From the NCBI GenBank assembly GCA_958296135.2, contig CATQHZ020000002.1:64001-128000 (forward strand): a stretch of 64,000 bases of DNA, read 5' to 3'. How positions within the stretch are numbered: position 1 is the stretch's first letter; the number at the start of each line of letters is the position of its first letter. Under the pieces are notes generated by a model. It ran no database searches. It was not told where the DNA came from and saw only the letters and a list, made by a program, of their open reading frames with translations. The DNA comes from an uncultured Poribacteria bacterium. Its GTDB lineage: Bacteria > Poribacteria > WGA-4E > WGA-3G. Below, in pieces: positions 58,001 to 64,000 of this stretch. A program made the translations under genes and the position numbers.

Positions 58001-61000
58001 TGGTCTATTATCGATCGCAACAGCATTTGTTGTGGCTACAGTCGATGGCGCATTATCTGTGGTACTACCATCTGACATAACGCTTGTTGCTTTTAGACGG
58101 AGTTTATATGAAGCATTTCTATTTGCTGGTGGAGTAGCTCTAATCAGAGTTCCAGTACCAGATGTTATTGAACTTGAATCGGTTATTCCGGTAGGTAATT
58201 CAAATGTCCATCCAGTCTGAACCGCATCCGAAGAATCTAATATCTCGAAATCGCCTGTTTCTAATCCAGTTATAGTCGCACCGCTAAACGTTATTGTTCC
58301 CTGAAGCTTTCCGCTTGTATAAGATACTGAACTCCATGCCGCTGAGGCTATTGTTCTTGTATTAAATGTGACTGATGTTGAAGTATAATCATTTGCTGGA
58401 CCGCCTACATATGAAGTCGTAGAATCAATAGCATCAGCTAGTAATGTCACTGAATATGTTCCAGATCCACTTGATGGCTGATCTACTTTAACGGTATAAG
58501 TTGCCTGACTTCCTGTTGTTGGCGTTATTGAATTTATTGAGGCATTCGTATTTGATACAGTAAAATCTGCTGCCGTTAATTGACTAGCTGGTACACTCCG
58601 ATCAAGGACTAATGTGAAATCAGCAGTGGATCCGGTTTGTGTTCCGCTTGGAGCAGTAAACCTTGTTACTGAAACTCGAGGTCTTGTATCATAAGTAACT
58701 AATTCAGAATTAGAAACTGCTGACGGACCTTCTAAATAAGTCGTTCCATCGGGAATCGAGTCAGCTTTTAACATAATCCTATAAGTTCCATTCTGAACCG
58801 TTGGATTATTAACAGCAATATCAAATACCCGTGCCATCGTATTAGTTGGTCCATCGGTATAAGTCGGCGTTATAGACGAAAAACCAGTTCCAGAAGAAAA
58901 AGTAAAATCGGATCCTGTCAACTGATCTGTTGGAATAACTGATCCAAATGTCAATCTAAAGGTACTAGTGGATCCGGTTTGTGTTCCGCTTGGAGCCGTA
59001 AATCCTGTTACTCTTAACGCTTGTCTATTGTCCACAGCAATAGCGTCACTATTGACTGCGGCTGCCGGAGCATTATCGGTCGTTGATCCATCAGATCTGA
59101 CTGATGTTGCTTCTAGGCTTAACTTAAATGATGCGTTTTGACCTGCTGGCGGAGTTGCCGATATTCTTATTCCAATATCATCAGTTGCGGTTGCGCTTGG
59201 CAAATCAAATGTCCATCCAGATTGTGCGACATCACTAGTATTAAGAACTTCAAAATCATCTCTAGTTATCCCAGTTATGTTCGCACCACTAAATGTTAAT
59301 GTTCCAGTCAGTTTACCACCAGTATAAGATACTCCACTCCATGCCGCTGTGGCTACTATTGCTGGCACATTATATGTTGTTGGGGTTGGTGTTGCGGTAT
59401 AAGCATCAGAAGGGCCAGATTGATAAGGATCAGTTTCTTGAGCCGTAATGGCATCCGCATTTAATGCTAATGTATATGAACCGCTAATATTTGACGATAT
59501 ACTAATGACTACACTATAAGTCGTCTGGCTTCCACTAGTTGGAGTTACCGAACTAATATTAACAGTTCCATTTCCAGTTGTTCTAGTATCAGTCAAAGTA
59601 AAATCAGAAGTCGTTAATTCACTCGAGGGAACACTTTGTCCAAAAACTAAGGTATAGGTTCTAGTTCTATCCGCATCTGTTCCAGTTGGGCGACTAAACG
59701 ATGTTACAGTAATAGCCGTTCTAGTATCAACTTCATATTCCGCACTTGAAATTCCAATTCCATTAGTCGGGAAATTATTTACAGTGCTTCCTCCAGATCG
59801 AACACTTGCTGGTTTTAGTCTTAATTTAAAGTCACCACTTGCAGTAGATCCAACAGGAGGCGTTCCAGTAATCGCTACAGAACCTCCAGAAGCTACTGTT
59901 GATCCAGTTGGGTTAATACTAATAGTCCATCCATATTGTGGAATATCATCTGAATCTAAAACTTCAAAATCCGCTATTGTTAAGTCTGTTATTGCCGCTC
60001 CAGTAAAAGTAATAGATGAAGTTATTACTCCGGTTCCAGTCAGCGTTCCCCATATTGCAGTAGGCAATGTTCTAACATTATCTACGACTACTGGATAGGA
60101 AGTTAAAGTATTTGCGGCTGGATAAGTTCTACTACTTACAGATATTCCATTCGCTAAAAGCTCGAGATAAAATTCTCCTTGAGTATTCGCGGGAGGTGTC
60201 GCTATTACGGTAGCATTACCTCCAGAACGATTGATAGCAATTGTCCATCCTGATTGAACAGTTTCGCTGGAATTTAGAACTCGAAAATAATTAGTTCCTC
60301 TAGGAGATATAGATCCGCGAACCTGACTTAGCGTAACAGATAATGTTGTTCCACCTTCAAGATTTGACCAATCAAACCATTTTACCAGATATTCTAGGTT
60401 ATTAGTTACTACGAATGTATTTGCAAGCGGAATATTATCCGTTAAAGATCCAGATAATCTCATAGAATTAGATTTTACTTGCACGCTTCCAATTACGGCA
60501 GATAATGGAAATACGCTTAAAGTAATATATCCCCCAGCAGGAATTCGATTCGATGAAATTTTTGTATTTACAAAATTGGATTCCTGTACAATAGGATAAT
60601 TTACAGTAGTTCCGTCACCAAATCTAAAATCAGATTTATTAATTCCGGTAACTTCTACTGTCGAATTAACGCGTATTGTAAGATCGCCAGTTCTGGTAGA
60701 TGCATTACTAAAATAAATTCTAGTATCTATGGCTACAAATTGTGAAGTTATTGGATTAGGTGGTGCGGTCACCCCAGAGAAATTACCGCTATTAGCTTTC
60801 ATTCGAACCGCAAAATTTCCAGTAATTCCATTTGGCGGACGTACCGTTAGACTTATAGATCCCTCAACCTGGAAGATAAATATTCTAGTAACGGTGATCG
60901 TCCATCCACTTTGAATCTGATTAGAATCATTAATTACTTCAAAATCAGAAGAAGTAATACCAGATATTTGAGTAGGACCATAAACTGATACACCGACAGA

Positions 61001-61864
61001 TAATGCATTTCCGACAGTTCTTGAATAACCTACACTTCCAAAATTAAGACCAACTCCAGCATTTGGATTTCCAGTGTTATTAATAGGCACTAAATACGAT
61101 ACTAGATCGGTAGGAGGCGCAGTAATCGAGGTTCCAGTTACTTGAAGGCTATTAGCTTTTAATCGAAGTCTAAATAATCCATTAGTTCCAGATGGTGCGA
61201 CCGCAAAAGGCTGAGTATTACGATTCCTAGCAATACTACTGGCACTCGCGGTAATGCTCCATCCGGTTTGAACTTGATTAGAATCATTAATTACTTCAAA
61301 ATCAGAAGAAGTAATACCGGTAATACCTTGATACTGACTTTGCAATGAACCTTGAATCCAAGCTTGACTAGCAGTTCTACCGCGAGCAAAACCGAACCTT
61401 ATAATAACTGATCCGTTTATGTAAAATAAAGGACTAGTTATAGAATTTGCTGGCGCATTATCAGTAGAAGATCCTCCAGTTCTTACACTATTAGCTAATA
61501 ATCGAATTCTAAAATTACCATCAGTATCTGCTGGCGCAATTAGCCCTATAGGAATTGACTGATTTGATCTAGTAGTAGAAAAAGACCCGCTAATATTATT
61601 ACTAGTCCAATCAGTTTGAACTACTCCACTTTCATTTAATATTTGGAAATCTGTAAATTCTAATCCTGTAATAGGTTCAGAAAATACAATCCAAGCATTA
61701 AAAGAAGCCCAACGAGATCTGATTAAACCAACCCATCTAGCAAATGGAACATCCACACTTTGACCAATATCTTCAGTATCGAGGCTAAATATGGGAACCG
61801 GAGCTCCAAACATGTTTTTCTTAACTAGGACAGGGGGTTGAAATTTGTCTTTTTTATCTTCCAT
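55091..61864 (-). CDS. Giant Ig-like repeat protein (2257 aa), probable virion fibre/adhesin
   Basis: Roughly 18-19 Thr/Ser-rich modules of ~110-120 aa in two types (ITG...DFEV...QSGW and VTSF..P.GTQ...DF). Confidence 0.75.
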   Translation of the reverse strand: MEDKKDKFQPPVLVKKNMFGAPVPIFSLDTEDIGQSVDVPFARWVGLIRSRWASFNAWIVFSEPITGLEFTDFQILNESGVVQTDWTSNNISGSFSTTRSNQSIPIGLIAPADTDGNFRIRLLANSVRTGGSSTDNAPANSITSPLFYINGSVIIRFGFARGRTASQAWIQGSLQSQYQGITGITSSDFEVINDSNQVQTGWSITASASSIARNRNTQPFAVAPSGTNGLFRLRLKANSLQVTGTSITAPPTDLVSYLVPINNTGNPNAGVGLNFGSVGYSRTVGNALSVGVSVYGPTQISGITSSDFEVINDSNQIQSGWTITVTRIFIFQVEGSISLTVRPPNGITGNFAVRMKANSGNFSGVTAPPNPITSQFVAIDTRIYFSNASTRTGDLTIRVNSTVEVTGINKSDFRFGDGTTVNYPIVQESNFVNTKISSNRIPAGGYITLSVFPLSAVIGSVQVKSNSMRLSGSLTDNIPLANTFVVTNNLEYLVKWFDWSNLEGGTTLSVTLSQVRGSISPRGTNYFRVLNSSETVQSGWTIAINRSGGNATVIATPPANTQGEFYLELLANGISVSSRTYPAANTLTSYPVVVDNVRTLPTAIWGTLTGTGVITSSITFTGAAITDLTIADFEVLDSDDIPQYGWTISINPTGSTVASGGSVAITGTPPVGSTASGDFKLRLKPASVRSGGSTVNNFPTNGIGISSAEYEVDTRTAITVTSFSRPTGTDADRTRTYTLVFGQSVPSSELTTSDFTLTDTRTTGNGTVNISSVTPTSGSQTTYSVVISISSNISGSYTLALNADAITAQETDPYQSGPSDAYTATPTPTTYNVPAIVATAAWSGVSYTGGKLTGTLTFSGANITGITRDDFEVLNTSDVAQSGWTFDLPSATATDDIGIRISATPPAGQNASFKLSLEATSVRSDGSTTDNAPAAAVNSDAIAVDNRQALRVTGFTAPSGTQTGSTSTFRLTFGSVIPTDQLTGSDFTFSSGTGFSSITPTYTDGPTNTMARVFDIAVNNPTVQNGTYRIMLKADSIPDGTTYLEGPSAVSNSELVTYDTRPRVSVTRFTAPSGTQTGSTADFTLVLDRSVPASQLTAADFTVSNTNASINSITPTTGSQATYTVKVDQPSSGSGTYSVTLLADAIDSTTSYVGGPANDYTSTSVTFNTRTIASAAWSSVSYTSGKLQGTITFSGATITGLETGDFEILDSSDAVQTGWTFELPTGITDSSSITSGTGTLIRATPPANRNASYKLRLKATSVMSDGSTTDNAPSTVATTNAVAIDNRPALTVDSFNAPTGTQSGSTSTFVLTFSTAVLKTQVENNDFAPETGASIASVTGRGAATTATIFDVVVNNPTNTQGSYRIALNANAVNASTTHQRGPASTSTSTQVAYDTRPSVNVTSFSRPTGTDADRTRTYMLVLSQNVPATQLTSSDFTLTDSRLTGSARGAITISSITPTSGSQTTYSVVVSLPSGISGSYTLALKANAISGTSTTVYRSGPTAAYTATPSPTTYNVTHHIATAGWTGVTFTGGKLQGTLTFRNPSGVTAQITNIEQTDFAVVNSSGTVQSGWMFDTPSSTATSGTGITIAATPPANQNAQYALRLNATSVRSDGSNANNTPATAETSSTTLVDNRPQLTVSTFTAPTGIQTGATSVFTLTFNVAIPVTQITASDFNIPSNTSITLIASSTAINSRIFQITVTNPARLSGTYSIALQRNAVDGSTTYKGGPTAIETSGTVNYNTVPYAYWPATPATPAGDRSVSLILTISEDPGAAFSATDDFEVQLRSGSSPNYVYTTQSAVDWPITSTGTGTIRTIKASPTNLVAAGTYRLVLKEDAFGTNKPEADVPSLAFTIGNVPIVATASWSNITGGRTLSGRCIFNGASVAGITGSDFSVITTGNIVDPDWTISVSSDTATDGGFVSVIATPVNQIAGIDYFLRINELSVDSDGGSNNAPATDITSADSATVNNTIADLIIAIPTWSNIVGGRSLSGTLTFTGAPVEEIEDTDIEVLNALNTVDSDFTITISGSSVVSGGNVTVMATSALPKNGFFKFRLKANSVKSDGSSVNNSPESELISISIPVNNTDTLSGRSSYTVTIPIPQGNEGAIQLSLRQRSFNVLGNDNQIGPEFQQYLGTIFYNTETIPQIINIERPDVLVGNGAENEVLIDFNTEVQGLSFGDFLLEGMDPLPVFGNSNIKYGVTQDPDISLPAADRDQDLVAGVTRAKYYKLIFTFPDAVPVGKLDIYLRDMAVNND

Positions 61865-61875
61865 AATAATTTTTC

Positions 61876-64000
61876 CTAAATGATGGTTGGTATAATAACC
61901 CCTTCATTACTTGTGATAATAAAATCTTCTGGCATTAAACCATCAATATTTGTTTCGACTCCGTTGACATATGTCGTTATTGTGAATGAAGCTGTTTGAC
62001 CGGTTTGCTCATCTGTTGGCACTTGTGATGCTACTACATATGGAAGAGATAATGCAGCGGTCGTTCTGCTGAAATAGAATGATTTTGCTATTGGGTCGTT
62101 GCCCTCTAAGACTGAATTGGCTGGTAGTGCTACTGTAAAGGTTCCAGATGTGTTGTCTTGAAGATTGACTGTTAATCTCCAGACTCTGTTTGGCGTAATT
62201 ACGTCTAGATCGCCTCCGCAAGCACCACCTACAATGAAATCGGATGCTGTTAATCCAGTAGCGTCTTTATTATCAGTAGTAATTGCTATATGGACAGTCG
62301 CTAGATTTAATGGTTCTACTTCAGGGGTCATTGTCATCGTATCGGAATAAGCATCTCCAATACTAAATGTTGGTTTAACTCTAGTATCAAATCCCCATGA
62401 TCCCGAATTTTGTGGTAGTTCTGGTCCAGTGGTGTTATCATCTGTAGCCATTACCGAATTCTTTGCTAAAACTACATTTAATGTTCCAGATGAACTAATC
62501 GGATTTGTTATCTGTATCGTATAAAGATGATCAATAAAATTTGGATCCTGTGCAATAGCTACTCCACCGATCTGAACTTCAGTATTAGCAAGCCCTCTAA
62601 ATGGTCGCGATAATCGAATTACCCATAATGTTACAGCGCCAGTAGCTTCTGCTCTTGGAGATCTGGTCACAGAAAGAATGGTTGGCGGATCAGCTCCAGT
62701 AAGATTTAGAGTGACCGTTGGAGCTGTTGCCCTTGCTGTACCTAGTTCAATTTCAAAATCCTGAGCTAAAATATTATGCGATGGAATCGGATCGTGACCA
62801 GTAATTGAGAAATCAGTATTGGTTAATCCATAGATCTTTTCACCAAAATTAGCTCTAATATTTGTCATAGCTCCAGTTTGAATCGCATTCGGAATACTAA
62901 AGATGGCACTTGGTGGAATACCAGTCACAGTATCAGCAGTCCGATCGAATCGAAACGATTTAGATACAAGCTGATTACCTTCAATAATAACATTACTTGG
63001 AATTGAAACAGTTAGGATGCCTTTAGTATCCTCTTCAATACTAATCTGTAATCTCCAAATCCGATTAGTGGTTAATATTACTAATGTTCCAATACAACCC
63101 CCTGATACTATAAAATCAGATGCTGTTAATCCAGTTGCGTCTTTATCATCAGTTGTAATATGAACATATATTGTCGCGTTATCGAATGGTTCTGTTAAAG
63201 CCGTAGTATCGCTAACGCTAGCAGAAGCATAAGCATTTTCAATACTAAACGCTGGTTTAACTCGGGTATCAAATCCCCATGATCCCGAATTCTGCGGTAG
63301 TTCTGGTCCAGTGGTATTATCGTCAGTAGTCATTACTGAGTTCTTCGCTAAAACTACATTTAATGTTCCAGATGAACTAGTCGGATTGGTTATCTGTATC
63401 GTATAAAGATGATCAATAAAATTTGGATCCTGTGCAATAGGAACCCCACCAATGTGAACTTCAGTGTTATCAAGCCCTCTAAACGGTCTCGATAATCGGA
63501 TTACCCATAATGTTACAGCGCCAGTAGCTTCTGCTCTTGGAGATCTGGTCACAGAAAGAATAGTTGGCGGATCCGCTCCGGTAAGATTTAGGGTTACCGT
63601 TGGAGCTGTCGCTATCGCAGTTCCTAATTCGATTTCAAAATCCTGAGCCAAAATATTATGTGACGGAATCGGATCATGACCAGTAATTGTGAAATCGGTA
63701 TTGGTTAACCCATAGATCTTTTCACCAAAATTAGCTCTGATGTTGGTCGTTACTCCAGTTTGAATCGCATTCGGAATACTAAAGATGGCACTTGGTGGAA
63801 TACTAGTCGCAATATCAGCAGTCCGATCGAATCGAAACGATTTAGATACAAGCTGATTACCTTCAATAATAACATTACTTGGAATTGAAACAGTTAGGAT
63901 GCCTTTAGTATCCTCTTCAATACTAATTTCTAATCTCCAAATCCGATTAGCGGTTAATGTTGCTAACGTTCCAGAGCATGCACCAGAAACAATAAAGTCT
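61876..64000 (-). CDS. Ig-like repeat structural protein (partial; true start lies beyond window end)
   Basis: The repeat unit continues in frame upstream of the ORF-track start; TGLTASDFIV Big-like motifs. Confidence 0.75.
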   Translation of the reverse strand, partial: DFIVSGACSGTLATLTANRIWRLEISIEEDTKGILTVSIPSNVIIEGNQLVSKSFRFDRTADIATSIPPSAIFSIPNAIQTGVTTNIRANFGEKIYGLTNTDFTITGHDPIPSHNILAQDFEIELGTAIATAPTVTLNLTGADPPTILSVTRSPRAEATGAVTLWVIRLSRPFRGLDNTEVHIGGVPIAQDPNFIDHLYTIQITNPTSSSGTLNVVLAKNSVMTTDDNTTGPELPQNSGSWGFDTRVKPAFSIENAYASASVSDTTALTEPFDNATIYVHITTDDKDATGLTASDFIVSGGCIGTLVILTTNRIWRLQISIEEDTKGILTVSIPSNVIIEGNQLVSKSFRFDRTADTVTGIPPSAIFSIPNAIQTGAMTNIRANFGEKIYGLTNTDFSITGHDPIPSHNILAQDFEIELGTARATAPTVTLNLTGADPPTILSVTRSPRAEATGAVTLWVIRLSRPFRGLANTEVQIGGVAIAQDPNFIDHLYTIQITNPISSSGTLNVVLAKNSVMATDDNTTGPELPQNSGSWGFDTRVKPTFSIGDAYSDTMTMTPEVEPLNLATVHIAITTDNKDATGLTASDFIVGGACGGDLDVITPNRVWRLTVNLQDNTSGTFTVALPANSVLEGNDPIAKSFYFSRTTAALSLPYVVASQVPTDEQTGQTASFTITTYVNGVETNIDGLMPEDFIITSNEGVIIPTII
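62150..64000 (-). repeat. Intragenic near-identical tandem repeat, 882-bp (294-aa) period
   Basis: For example 62759 and 63641 both begin TCCTGAGC.AAAATATTATG; just over two units visible. Confidence 0.9.

Noticed and set aside
658-63646. Plus-strand ORFs in the ORF track
   Set aside because: They are antisense shadows of well-supported minus-strand genes or read through promoter motifs, with no recognisable domains
1-64000. Alternative genetic code (stop codon reassignment)
   Set aside because: Core genes are full length in the standard code, all three stops are used, and the tRNA anticodons are GTA, TAA and TCT, none a suppressor
55091-64000. Diversity-generating retroelement or retron
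   Set aside because: No reverse transcriptase is in the window, and repeat differences are not visibly adenine-specific

Overview
AT-rich segment of a large tailed dsDNA phage genome; essentially all real genes are on the minus strand. About 1-52 kb is an early/middle region. It holds two sigma70-family factors (one missed by the ORF track), an NrS-1-like primase-polymerase/helicase, DnaE, DnaN, SSB, dUTPase, ThyA, Tmk, RusA, two RNA ligases and five DNA methyltransferases. It also has a scattered 7-deazaguanine pathway (FolE, QueD, QueE, QueC, DpdA-like transglycosylase), three tRNAs and a tmRNA. 52.7-64 kb encodes very large Ig-repeat proteins that are probably virion-associated. A C-terminal YPNPFNPETWIPY domain suggests a Ca. 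Poribacteria (sponge symbiont) host (inference). The strongest candidate for an undescribed system: all five MTases, the DpdA-like enzyme and a DUF6884-like protein carry a terminal beta-clamp-binding-like QxxL[F/L/I] motif, and the phage encodes its own clamp, suggesting replisome-tethered DNA modification. Other unexplained structure includes two conserved promoter-like motif families (5 and 10 copies), two copies of an inverted-iteron origin-like element, a duplicated structured intergenic element, a candidate anti-Shine-Dalgarno ncRNA and strong GATC enrichment. All family calls are from motif recognition by eye, not database searches.
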